From Trypanosoma brucei (Eukaryota), in contig CP000068.1 of NCBI GenBank assembly GCA_000002445.1, forward strand, positions 864,001-928,000: DNA of 64,000 nucleotides, read 5' to 3'. Each line of letters begins with the position of its first letter. Positions within the stretch are counted from its first letter, which is position 1. The translations under genes were made by a program, and so were the position numbers. Shown one piece after another: positions 54,051-64,000 of the stretch. The notes beneath the pieces were generated by a model. It was not told the origin of the DNA. It made no database searches and saw only the letters and a program-made list of their open reading frames with translations.

Positions 54051-54702
54051 TTTTTTCAAAAAAGGGAGAGCACATACGTCTATGTACGACAACAGAGGCA
54101 TGCAAATGTCTGGCTCTTCAAATAATGTACGATAGAACAATGAAGGGACAACAAGGGTAGAAAAAGGCATATCAGCACACCAATGTGCGTATATCAAGCA
54201 TAGGAACTTCAGATAGATTACAAAAAGTTTTTAAAAAAGCACTTACCTGTCGATGGCCATAGTGAAATGACTTTTTATTTACTATACAGGAGTGCACACA
54301 GAATATGGAAAACATAGACGAACAGTCCCGACGGACAAAATATTTTAAGATGGCAAAGAAAAACAAAGGCGTGTCAACAACGGGTAGATGAAATAATGAC
54401 ATCAATGGCCATGGTAGCGACGGTGATGACGACAATAATGGTAGCGAGGAATTTAATACTACAAATATCCCAACGGTAGAAATAATTACGACATGTACAC
54501 GGGCAGTTGTGAGAGGGTTCCAATGCCGGGGTTAGTCAGGTGCGGAACCGCTGCCAAACATTCCTTATACGCAGATAAGCAGCTACCAGAACTATGTTGC
54601 AACTAGAACCTTATCATAGAAAGGGAGAAATATAAGTGATAAGCCTCTTCTGAATCGGTTGGCAAAAAAAAACAATAATGATGCATACCGTTGTCGCCTC
54701 CC

Positions 54703-54704
<2 letters not shown>

Positions 54705-54740
<36 letters not shown>
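54705..54740. repeat. (CA)18 microsatellite
   Basis: cacacaca... for 36 nt inside the divergent strand-switch region. Confidence 0.9.
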
Positions 54741-54743
<3 letters not shown>

Positions 54744-57700
54744 CATAAAGATAGAGAATCGGTGGCATCAACTGACAACCACTGTCACGCTGACACCAAA
54801 GGTAAAGTTCACTCAAGAAATACCTGAGTCCTATGTGCGATTGGTCAACGAAAGTTCACACAAATTTTGCAAACTTGTCATTATCCTACAGAGGACCCTG
54901 TGCGAAAAAAAAAAGTCTCCTCCATTCAATGGACTGCGAAGCTAATAACAGGAAGTAAAGAAGCTGACATGGCCGAGCCGGCAATATACTCACACCCTCT
55001 CAGATAGCGGTTAGAAATCCATAAAGAGAAGTCAGATTCCCGTTGCCTGGTGGCGGTCACACATCTTCGCAACGGCGTGACCCGAGGCGGTGGTGAACTT
55101 TGGAAATTTTTAGCAAAAACATTCCACATATGTTCCTCTTCAGCAGGACATCGCCCTTTAGAGAGGTATTAAAAAGCCATGTACACGCATATGTGCGCAT
55201 TTTGCTGTCGAAAAACAACAGATACCACAAACCCGCATACACATATAAGAGCACAACGTGACAGGGGGGGGGAACGCCTCTACCTACTCAGAAAATTTGG
55301 GTGACCTCTCATCTCTAGTAAGTGAAGACCGGTGACTTGAGCGTTCGGACGTTCTTTGCAATAGAAAGAAACAGCCGTAGCCCGTAAAGATCATAAAGGA
55401 ACATATCGCTAACCAGCTACTGCGGAGAGATGCATACCTTCACATTCCACCATATGCAATCACAAATGCTCCTCCTTCACCTGTTAAACAGATTACCGTT
55501 CCGCAAATAGGTCCCCAGAATGCCGGTAACTTCGCTTCATGCTGATCTCAGTAAGCGTTGGCATCTCCCCCTCTCACGGGCCGCCGCAAAAGAGACCGAC
55601 CCGAGAGGAAATAGCTGCAAAGGAATAACAGAGCCCTCAGTATTACTGCAAAATACACGTCGGTTTTTGTTGTTTTTGTTGTTGTTTTAAAAAATATATA
55701 TCGTTACGAACTACTCTGCTCCGATACGTTGGACCCAGTCGGTCTCGAATGGAGGTGATGTGTCCAATTTCGGCCAAAACGGTATAGGACTGCTGAGAGT
55801 GTCAAGTACTGCTATTGAGGGAAAGACAACCGGTACAAACGCGGCAGTCCCAATAAGCTTACCACACCACGACATCAGCCCAGTTCCACAAAATGTTCAC
55901 AATGTAAAAAAAAATGCTAAGTTGAGCGGAGGCTGCGGGACGCCACTCACATGAGCTTATCCGGCCCCGCGTTGTCTTGTTTGGGACCCTCATACTTCAG
56001 ACAGTGATGCAAACGAAGTAATTATGCGTTGCCATGCCAGGAATGGCACGTGACCCCACGGCTCAGGAAATACCGGCCGGTGTCAGAAAGCGGGGCGGCC
56101 CCAGGTGTTAGATCCCACATGGAACGCGAAACAACACAAAAACTAGTCGGTGATCGGTCCGGCATGATGGTCGATGTCGTTGCCACCCATCCGATGGCAA
56201 AATATTATGAGTTTATGTCAGCGGTCGCTCTTTTCGTGGGGTGAAGGATGCTAATCATACTTTCAAAAACGGTGCGCAGTAGAAGTCCGAAAATGATCCA
56301 GTGAGTCGTCAAATGGCGGGAAAAAAGCGGTGGAGGACACGTGCACCCCAACACGCTGCGATCCAACGAAATCCACTCCCGGAAGGAAGAAAATTTGACC
56401 CCCCGTACCACACACGCACACTCTGATATCGGGTACCGAACCGCCACAAATATAATATGTGTCCAAGAGGTATTCCCGATGGGATTGCAGATTAAGTACC
56501 CATGCGACTGATAGCAATGGCCGCACATTGCACAGCTGTTTAAAAAAAAAAAATTAAAAAAACAGGACGCTTACGACATTCAACCGATAAATACAGGGAG
56601 GAACAGTGCCAAATTGTGCAACATTCGCTTACAACTCACAAGTACTATCGCGTTCAACTCTTCTGGTAGATAACCATGCGCGTGAAAAGCTGCTTTGGCA
56701 AAAAAAAAAAAAGGCATAAGTGCATGGAACGTGATGGCGAAAAACACTCTGCCGTGCCACCGACGGAGGTGCCGTCTGCCTGGAAAGCAACCATCAACGT
56801 GTTTCAGTCAGCTGAACGTATGACTTAGACATGGGGGAGGGGCAGCAAAAAACTGTTGCAGATAAGGGCTAGTGACCCACGATGTTTGCTGAAGTCATCC
56901 ATCCCCGAGCCGCAGTACGGAGAAGGGGTGGGGAAGAGGAATCGTGGCATCGCGATGCCGCACGGAGTAAGGAACGAACCTAACGCTGTCATGATGCCAT
57001 CTTTTCTCACAGCGCGGGCTGGTACGGCTAGTAGGGTGACAGTGTGCATGTCCTTCAGATGGATTCGAGTGTTTGCAAACAGAAATCACGGAAATACCTA
57101 GCAAATATCCAGGTAGTGCGCCCCAAATTAGGGCGCATAACTCAAGTTTTGGGAATTCAGGCTGGAGGGAGGGTGCCGATTCTCATCATAATGGTGTCCA
57201 CATGCTGTGGTACGTTGCCCTTGCTCGACTCTGGCAGGAAAGGTTGGCGGGCCGGTTCTTTACTCAACTATGTCGAACGTGAAGCGGTGTTCCACACCCT
57301 CTGATAATTTATTTGGCTTGGAAGACGGTGCGTCGGCTTCGCACATGTAAGTTTGGTGTAAAGAGATAGGGGCTCTCCCAGTCGAGTGAGAATGTAGGGT
57401 GATGCCTTCTCCCCCGTCTAACCCCATTGTTCGGCGGCAGTGCCGTTCATTCCCCCGTCACAGACCCTTTCGGTGGTGTTAGCGGCTCGAAGGGCGGAAC
57501 GGGAGGCCGCTCCCTCTGTCGGTTACACTTGTCGCCGAATAACGAAGTGCCAGCCTCGGTTGCTCGATTTGCTGTGAGGTCGAGGTGCCGGGTGTTGTGC
57601 CGTTGCTGTTATTTCTTTGACCCAGTTGGGGAGTAATGCCGTTTGAAGATGCACGGTTGAACTTTCGGTGCTCGTGCGTGAGCCGGAACTTGAGAGGAGT

Positions 57701-59346
57701 GAGTTTGACCGGACCGCCTTCATTGTCCGTGCATTTAGTGCTGCTGGTGCTTTTGGCAGTGCGATCTGTTGAGATGGGCCGTTCGTAGAGCCCTTTGCGC
57801 TGAATGAATATTGGATCTGAGATGTTACCTCTAAACTCTCGTGGCATTGTCTCTCCCACACAGTTTTAACGTGAGTTTAATGATAGCACTTGGGCATATT
57901 AAAGGAAGTAATGGGAGAGATCGTCACTGCTTGTTGATAGCGGTCAATCATTTAAACCGGTAAAAACTTGACAGGAGCAGTGAAGGGTGTCGAAAAAGGG
58001 ATGATATGTCTCGCTGGCGAAGGTGTCATCTCTGTGTAAGTAGCTCAACCACCGATCGTGAGAAATGAACTTCATCCATTTGCTTTTCGTGTGATAACAA
58101 CGGGACTAAGCACCGCTTTAGCTCTGCTGACTGCTGTCTATGCATTCAAACTCCGTCAGACGATATCGAGAAGGAACCCGAGATGATTTCCCCTAAGGGA
58201 CGTTTCCTTCATAAATTTTAAAGAGGGTTCGTGTAAATCTAGGTGGTGAAGCAACAATATGACTGTGGTTTGTGTGACCAGTGCCCTTTCGCAGCGTTCT
58301 CGACTGTCAGGAAACTGTAACATATGGTCGGGACTTCTCATGGTTAAATATTTAGATTCAGATTTTAGTTGCTGATATTGGTGTTGCTTCAGATAGCGTG
58401 GAAGGAAATCCCACCGACAATCGTTCGTAAACCCTACCAACAAGTGCGTCGCAGGTATTAAGAGTTGCAATAAATAAATAAATAATTGTCTATCGAACGT
58501 AAAATCTAGTGGGTGACAGTATCAATCACTCGACGTAGCGAGATACCGCGAGGAAGTGTCTTTCGAGATGTAAAAGATAGCATTACAAAGCGGTTGGATA
58601 AGTGTTGCGCACCCTTTGACAGCTGGGTCGCAGTTCTTTCAATTAAAAAAAAATGAGCGGTATTATTTTCGCGTGTTTTGTTGGGTTGCTGCATGACCTA
58701 TGTACAGGTGCTTTAATCTTTACCATTTCTGCCACACCACACACGGCTATGAGCAGCCACCTGTAGAACCTCGGTGAACCGCTCTGTCCTTCTGTTAAGG
58801 ATAAAATGGGACACGGGATAATGAGGAAGTACTATTTAAATATGTCACTGACCTGATGTTTCCTCTACCAGACGTAGTCACTGAGGTGATTTACCCTTTG
58901 CGCAATTAGTTGCGGGGTTAACGCAAATTTTATTTGGGGTGTTGACAAGATTATTGTGTCCTTAAATATGTATTTGTTTATGGATTTATCATGAGTGAAT
59001 GCTCCGTGGCGTCCGGCTCTTGGTATAGTGTTTATTATGGAAAAGCTCGCGGTTGTTGTTCCTGGTTTCGTGTGCGGTATCATACTTTTTTTTTGTTCAC
59101 ACAGCAGTAGGCAGTGCTGGAGCTCGCTGGCGATTAAAAAAATTTTTTCACTGCTTTAATATGTTCAGAGTGTTTGTAAGGCCTGTGTTTTGCCTACTCG
59201 CTGATTCCTCAGAGGTGAAGGTGCTGGGAGGTGCTGTTTCTTCTTCCACTGCTATTATCGCATCTTGACTCGTGTTTTACTGTTTGTTCCTTAGAACTAG
59301 TAGCTCGCAGGAGCGTACCTCACCACCCGCATTATACCCGGGTAAT

Positions 59347-59886
59347 ATGTTAGTCGAACGATCGTACAAAACCTCTTTCCAATATGGACGTGAGGGTGTT
59401 GAGGATGCTACCATTGCGTGTACTATATGTCCATCAATGGAAAAAATCCATATTCGTTTTCCTCGCTCAGTTGATGAAATTAAAAGGTCGATTTCCACCT
59501 ACGTTGCTGTGAATGAAGAGTGCATAAACCTCTATGTGCGGGGATGTGGATGTTTTACCGAGGTTTCTGATGAATCACCGATTGTTGGTGAGTATTACGT
59601 GTTGCTGCGGTTGCGTGCAGGGAAGGGTGGTTTCCGGAAGCAGCTTGAAAAAAAGGGTAGAGCGTTTGCTAGATCTAAGAAGCTGCGGAGCTCGACACGA
59701 CAACAACAAGGAGGCCGATCGGACAAGAATCGCGCCCAACCGATTAAATTGTCGAAGCCTCATTCGGACGATAAGGGTGTTGGTCGAAGAGAGCAGGGGA
59801 ATACTGTTGCTTCCGCAGTTGATATCAGCATCAGGGATGCGGTTTGTTGTGGAGTCAAGCGACTTGTTGAGGGACTAAGTACTTAA
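59347..59886 (+). CDS. Hypothetical protein (179 aa); first gene of the + strand PTU
   Basis: The tool start at 59272 is a GTG; the first ATG is at 59347, right after a C/T-rich tract plus AGs (cttcttccactgctattatcgcatcttgactcgtgttttactgtttgttccttAG). Basic C-terminal half (KKGRAFARSKKLRSSTRQQQGGRSDKNR). No domain was recognised. Confidence 0.5.
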   Translation: MLVERSYKTSFQYGREGVEDATIACTICPSMEKIHIRFPRSVDEIKRSISTYVAVNEECINLYVRGCGCFTEVSDESPIVGEYYVLLRLRAGKGGFRKQLEKKGRAFARSKKLRSSTRQQQGGRSDKNRAQPIKLSKPHSDDKGVGRREQGNTVASAVDISIRDAVCCGVKRLVEGLST

Positions 59887-60120
59887 AGTCAGTGAAGTAT
59901 TTATCTTGCGCTCCAGTAATATTGTATTACCTTACGTTACGGTTCTTCTGTGATGCTTCCCCTTAGGGATAATATGTTTTGCGGATCAGCGAACTGTATT
60001 TTGTTTCCAGTTTGCATTTTCTTTGTGAGTAAACATTATTTACTTTCTTCTCTTGTGCTTCATTTTTCTCTTTAAATACATCATGTGTAGCACAGAATAC
60101 TCTTAGTGTTTGTTCATTTC

Positions 60121-61500
60121 ATGTCCAGAAGTGTTCCGTGGCGGAATACTTGCCCTGAGGCAGTAACCGACATACTGAATCAATTACCTTCTTGCCAGCT
60201 TCTACTAGTCAAGCGAGTTGGGCCGACGAGTTTCCTTTTGAGCAAGCGAGACGGGCTGGTCAAGTACAGGACGTCTATCGGTGACCCCCATAGCTGTTCA
60301 TGTGACGCCTCGCGGGAGCAGTGCATACATGTCGTTTTCGTTTTGTGTAAAGTGTTTTTCTTACCGCGGGAGAATCCTTTAGTATGGCAGCGCTCGCTTG
60401 TTGCAGCAGAAATAGACGAAATCCTTAGGTCCGAAAACCGGCTTCGGAATGCCTGGAAGAATGTTGACGACACCCGCAGGGACGTTGCAGTTCCAAGGCC
60501 TATTGAAGAAGGTGATGTGTGCCCAATCTGTTTTGAAGAGTTTGGGAACGATACCTCTCTTGATTACTGTGGAGGAGGTTGCGGGAAATATATACATACT
60601 CGTTGCTTCAAACAATATAAACGGCACAATCTTGTAGGTCCCTTACGCTGCCCTTATTGCCGGAGCCTTTGGACTAATACGGTGGGTGCTACTAGCAAGA
60701 GGTGCAGTGGTTGCAAAAAATATGCGAATGGTTCCTGCTACAAGTGCTTATTTTGTCAAGAGTACTTTCTTTGTTCAGACTGTTTCCACCGTCGAGAAAC
60801 TCATTCGCATCATCCGTTTTCTTTGGTCGGGACGAGAGAAGTGGCCGAAAGACACGAAGGGAACAGTGCTTTACCCATGCCGGTGTCCAGTGAACCCACC
60901 GTTAGCATTCCTGAGGAGCTACATCCTCTCATGTATAGAGAAATAGACCCCGAAGACTACGAAACACTTCTTCGTCTGGACGATCAAAATAGTAAAAGGA
61001 AACTGACAGCAGAGGAGTTTTCAGTGCTTCACAGCGAGTGTTGGAGTTCTGGATTACTTACCGACGAGTGTAACATATGCTTAGATACATTTGATGTCAC
61101 CAGTGGTTGCGTGTGGTTGCCATGCGGTCATTTTTTCCATACATCGTGCGCTCAGAGATGGCTTACTGAGCACGTAGCAGAATGTCCCATCGATCACATC
61201 CCGGTTGTGGTGGACAGAGCCGATGTTCAGTCATTAACAGTGAATTCTTCATCTTCTGCTGCAGTTGCACCTCACATTCTTCGTCCCTCCAGACCTCGGG
61301 CTCGTGTGTTGCCGAGACGTCGACTCAACGTTCCGTATAGTTCAGCAACTGTTGGAGTCGAACCTCCAGCTCGGAGAAATGCCGAGAGACAAAGGGGTTC
61401 TGATGTATCACTTCCTTTTCTGGAGCTCCAAGCAGTGTCACTAGGTGTCGGACGACGTAGAGGGCGGTACAACGAACAATTCTTTTATGGTACTGTCTGA
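60121..61500 (+). CDS. ZSWIM2/MEX-like E3 ubiquitin ligase: SWIM zinc finger, RING-H2, ZZ-type zinc finger, second RING
   Basis: SWIM: HSCSCDASREQCIHVVFVL (CxCxnCxH). RING 1: CPICFEEF...C...H..C...CPYC. ZZ-type: CSGCKKYANGSCYKCLFCQEYFLCSDCFHRRETHSHHPF. RING 2: CNICLDTF...LPCGHFFHTSCAQRWL...CPIDH. The tool start at 60106 is a GTG; the ATG is at 60121. Confidence 0.75.
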   Translation: MSRSVPWRNTCPEAVTDILNQLPSCQLLLVKRVGPTSFLLSKRDGLVKYRTSIGDPHSCSCDASREQCIHVVFVLCKVFFLPRENPLVWQRSLVAAEIDEILRSENRLRNAWKNVDDTRRDVAVPRPIEEGDVCPICFEEFGNDTSLDYCGGGCGKYIHTRCFKQYKRHNLVGPLRCPYCRSLWTNTVGATSKRCSGCKKYANGSCYKCLFCQEYFLCSDCFHRRETHSHHPFSLVGTREVAERHEGNSALPMPVSSEPTVSIPEELHPLMYREIDPEDYETLLRLDDQNSKRKLTAEEFSVLHSECWSSGLLTDECNICLDTFDVTSGCVWLPCGHFFHTSCAQRWLTEHVAECPIDHIPVVVDRADVQSLTVNSSSSAAVAPHILRPSRPRARVLPRRRLNVPYSSATVGVEPPARRNAERQRGSDVSLPFLELQAVSLGVGRRRGRYNEQFFYGTV

Positions 61501-61559
61501 ATGGAATCCCCTTTCCATTGTACTTCGGAAGTATTCAATTCTTTCGTAGTGGTATCCGT

Positions 61560-61717
61560 ACGATGGATACATTGGAAGCAAAGACATTGCGTATGCATTG
61601 CTCATCGTGCTCTCTTCCTTTATTTCTGCTCACTTTTGCTTTTGCTTTCCCACCTCTCGTGGTATCATCTTCTTTTTGATATCTTTGTTATTTCCTGAAC
61701 GTTAGGAAGGAAACATA
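61560..61717 (+). promoter_or_regulatory. Polypyrimidine tract plus AG acceptor in the 217-bp spacer upstream of the 61718 gene
   Basis: ctcttcctttatttctgctcacttttgcttttgctttcccacctctcgtggtatcatcttctttttgatatctttgttatttcctgaacgttAGgaAGgaaacataATG. Confidence 0.45.
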
Positions 61718-62830
61718 ATGCGCCGTGTATCTTCCCCGAATATTACAATACAATCAGTTCGATGGATCTCCGGTGTCTCACCTCTCCTTTATTTTCCACC
61801 GACGACAACGTCAACTACCAACAGAGAAGACCAAATTAACAAAAACACCAATATCGCAATTCAGATGATCAAGAGGTACAAGGGGGAAGTACCTCCCCAT
61901 TACACTCGAAAATCTAGTGCCACCATAGAGCAGGTGGAGAAAGAAATCGATGCTCTACTTGGTGGTGCAGAAAAACTCCGGAAAACTTCAACAGATGATC
62001 AACCTATGGATAAGCTAACGCTTATGGAACGCTGTCTGCGACACGCGCTCTGGTCTTATCACAAGGAGGAAGGGAGATATGACTTTGATCAGATAGGGAG
62101 GTGGGTCGTGTACACGCCTGAGGATGAAGTGAAGTTGGCACAGTTGAAGCGCGAAGTGGAAGCGAAGGAAAAACTGGCGGCTTTGCGGAAACGTCGTGAA
62201 GAGGAGGGACTTCCGGGAGGCCCCGTCCCCAGGATCAATTGGCCTCAGGAATACAGCTCCTTCATTGATCGCGAACCTGTTGTTGCGAAACGCATTCGCT
62301 ACGACACTCTCGCATCCACAACGTTGGAGCGCGATGAGAAGCAGATCGAATCCACGTTGCAACAGTACAGGAGGGCCTCCCAGGATAAACGATTGGATGA
62401 CCTGGTTGATCTCCTTGAGCGCTTTAAGCCGGTACTTGCCCGAGAGGCTATCATGCAGCGCTTGACAATTAAACACCTAGAGGGTCAACTTGGCGTGTGG
62501 CGTTACATGGACTGGTGCCCAGAAGTGCGTGATCGGGCCGAACTCGAGGTGGATATAACTGGATGGCAGTGGTGGTCACCTCTTGAGGAGCGGCGGCTGC
62601 TTCCAGTGCGTTTGCGCTCCGTGAATGAAGTCCGTGAAATTATGTCCAAAACACAGGCAAAGAAGTCAGCTGAAGCTGCTGAGAGGAATCCAATTGTGAC
62701 TCAAACAAGCACGGGTGACAACGCTCGCGACCGTTTACTAAAGGAGGTTCTTGCCCTCCAGGCTCGCATTAATCAGCGCGATGAGGTTGAGCCTTCACAA
62801 ACCGAACAAAAGAAAAAGGCCCATCACTAA
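61718..62830 (+). CDS. Hypothetical protein (370 aa), presequence-like N-terminus, charged helical C-terminal half
   Basis: Clean ORF with a verified ATG at 61718. The N-terminus is MRRVSSPNITIQSVRWISG. The sequence is E/K/R-rich, which could fit a mitochondrial ribosomal or assembly protein, but that is speculation. Confidence 0.55.
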   Translation: MRRVSSPNITIQSVRWISGVSPLLYFPPTTTSTTNREDQINKNTNIAIQMIKRYKGEVPPHYTRKSSATIEQVEKEIDALLGGAEKLRKTSTDDQPMDKLTLMERCLRHALWSYHKEEGRYDFDQIGRWVVYTPEDEVKLAQLKREVEAKEKLAALRKRREEEGLPGGPVPRINWPQEYSSFIDREPVVAKRIRYDTLASTTLERDEKQIESTLQQYRRASQDKRLDDLVDLLERFKPVLAREAIMQRLTIKHLEGQLGVWRYMDWCPEVRDRAELEVDITGWQWWSPLEERRLLPVRLRSVNEVREIMSKTQAKKSAEAAERNPIVTQTSTGDNARDRLLKEVLALQARINQRDEVEPSQTEQKKKAHH

Positions 62831-63150
62831 TGCTGGTGACCCGGTAATGTTTTGAAGGAAATTTTGGTTGTGCAACGGCCGCCCGACACTTTTATGTTTT
62901 GGTAGGAAGCGGGTTCGTAGGATTAGTAGAAAGTGGCATTATGCGTTTTGACGATGCTTTCTTCATGAGTGTTTTCTGAGGAATAATAACTGTATGCGGT
63001 CGGATAAAGGGGCAATCACAGGTGCTGCCCGTGTCTTGTATCACCTTCTACTTACCCTATTTCACGCAAAGAGACGCTTGTTGCTGTTGCCCTTTATCCC
63101 CTTTGCTTTTCCACAGTTTTCTCTCGGTGTTCAGGCACTCAAAGTACTTA

Positions 63151-64000
63151 ATGGACGCAACGGAGTTAAAGAATAAAGGTAACCAGGAGTTCTCCTCCGG
63201 CCGATACAGGGAAGCTGCTGAATTTTTCAGCCAGGCCATCAACTTGGACCCGTCTAATCACGTTCTGTACAGCAACCGTTCCGCATGCTTTGCTTCCCTT
63301 CATCAGTATGCACAGGCTTTGAGTGACGCCGAAAAATGTGTTTCCCTGAAGCCTGATTGGGTTAAGGGTTACGTAAGACACGGTGCTGCGCTTCATGGGC
63401 TTCGACGGTATGATGAGGCAGCTGCGGTGTATAAAAAGGGTTTGACAGTTGACCCATCGAGCACTGCATGCAGTGAAGGCATTGCTTCTGTGGAGAAGGA
63501 CAAGGCTGCCTCCGCGATGCAAAACCCCTTTGCAAAATTATTCACTCCGGAGGCCGTGAAAAAAATTCAGTCTCATCGCAAACTATCGCTCTTCATGATG
63601 CAACCCGACTACGTACGGATGATCGATGAGGTTATAAAAGATCCTTCTAACATCCAACGGTATCTTGAAGATCAGCGGTTCATGATGACTTGTTTGGTAC
63701 TTAGCGGGATGAATATTCCTGTAGATGATGATGATGAGGAAGAGGAACGGCCGAAGCCAGAGGCACCTAAGAAAAACGAGGAACCCAAAAAGGCAGCTGC
63801 TGTGGAGCTATCTGCAGAAGCTAAGGAAGCACTTCGGGCTAAGGAAGAGGGGAATGCATTGTACAAGCAGCGGAAATTCGATGAGGCCCTGGCAAAGTAC
63901 GATGAGGCATCTTCCCTGGACCCCACAAACACCGTTTATCTTCTCAACATCACCGCTGTCTTCTACGAGAAAGGAGAGTATGAGCTGTGCATGGAGAAGT
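63151..64000 (+). CDS. STI1: Stress-induced phosphoprotein STI1 / HOP (TPR co-chaperone); 5' portion only, as it runs off the window
   Basis: Starts MDATELKNKGNQEFSSGRYREAAEFFSQAINLDPSNHVLYSNRSACFASLHQYAQALSDAEKCVSLKPDWVKGYVRHGAALHGLRRYDEAAAVYKKGLTVDPSS, a canonical TPR1 of STI1/HOP. It is followed by a DP-repeat-like region and a second TPR block (LKEEGNALYKQRKFDEAL). There is no stop before nt 64000, so the ORF tool did not list it. Confidence 0.85.
   Translation, partial: MDATELKNKGNQEFSSGRYREAAEFFSQAINLDPSNHVLYSNRSACFASLHQYAQALSDAEKCVSLKPDWVKGYVRHGAALHGLRRYDEAAAVYKKGLTVDPSSTACSEGIASVEKDKAASAMQNPFAKLFTPEAVKKIQSHRKLSLFMMQPDYVRMIDEVIKDPSNIQRYLEDQRFMMTCLVLSGMNIPVDDDDEEEERPKPEAPKKNEEPKKAAAVELSAEAKEALRAKEEGNALYKQRKFDEALAKYDEASSLDPTNTVYLLNITAVFYEKGEYELCMEK

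Larger units (their letters stand above)
51668..59346. other. Divergent strand-switch region (putative bidirectional RNA pol II transcription start zone), ORF-free
   Basis: It lies between the first minus-strand gene (DAC4, ATG 51667) and the first + strand gene (ATG 59347). The 7.7 kb contains only short motif-less ORFs. The + strand composition flips from C/A-rich (51.7-57.0 kb) to G/T-rich (57.3-59.9 kb). Confidence 0.7.

Noticed and set aside
1-64000. Prokaryotic-style novel system (defence island, CRISPR, toxin-antitoxin, biosynthetic cluster)
   Set aside because: The window is kinetoplastid nuclear DNA, with unidirectional intron-less gene arrays, trans-splicing tracts and eukaryotic gene families. 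No repeat-spacer arrays, no Shine-Dalgarno-led operons and no prokaryotic-type genes were seen.

Overview
This window is eukaryotic nuclear DNA from a kinetoplastid, most likely Trypanosoma brucei or a close relative. It is not a prokaryotic locus: there is no CRISPR array, operon or defence island. The evidence is long intron-less ORFs packed head-to-tail on one strand for tens of kb, pyrimidine-rich intergenic tracts followed by AG and then ATG (trans-splice acceptor architecture), and (TA)n/(CA)n microsatellites in spacers. The gene content also fits: tandem mitochondrial DNA polymerase beta and Pol beta-PAK paralogs, a class II histone deacetylase, STI1/HOP, a GT31-like type II glycosyltransferase and a NEK kinase. 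An ingi/RIME-like retroposon 5' signature is present. From memory, this gene order resembles T. brucei chromosome 5 (Pol beta, Pol beta-PAK, DAC4, STI1), but I cannot confirm that without a database.

Layout of the window:
- 1-7765: tail of a + strand polycistronic transcription unit (PTU) with a coiled-coil protein fragment, a TBC RabGAP, an alpha/beta-hydrolase and a GT31-like glycosyltransferase.
- 7766-12626: convergent strand-switch region holding one tRNA-Glu(CUC) gene and GC-rich non-coding debris with a retroposon-like signature.
- 12627-51667: a 39-kb minus-strand PTU of 14 genes, from DAC4 at the upstream end to a SET/MYND gene at the downstream end.
- 51668-59346: ORF-free divergent strand-switch region with a strand-composition flip near 57.0-57.3 kb (putative bidirectional Pol II start zone).
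- 59347-end: start of a + strand PTU with a hypothetical protein, a ZSWIM2-like E3 ligase, a second hypothetical protein and the 5' part of STI1.

The ORF-track 'M' starts frequently correspond to TTG or GTG codons. I re-derived starts as the first in-frame ATG, checked against the nucleotide sequence. Several of the named gene products are textbook kinetoplastid genes. The more unusual observations are the retroposon-like debris next to the tRNA in the convergent strand-switch region, recurring C2-3 T7-8 A9-11 elements in intergenic spacers, near-identical 174-bp coding tandem repeats in Pol beta-PAK, and the strand-switch composition flip.
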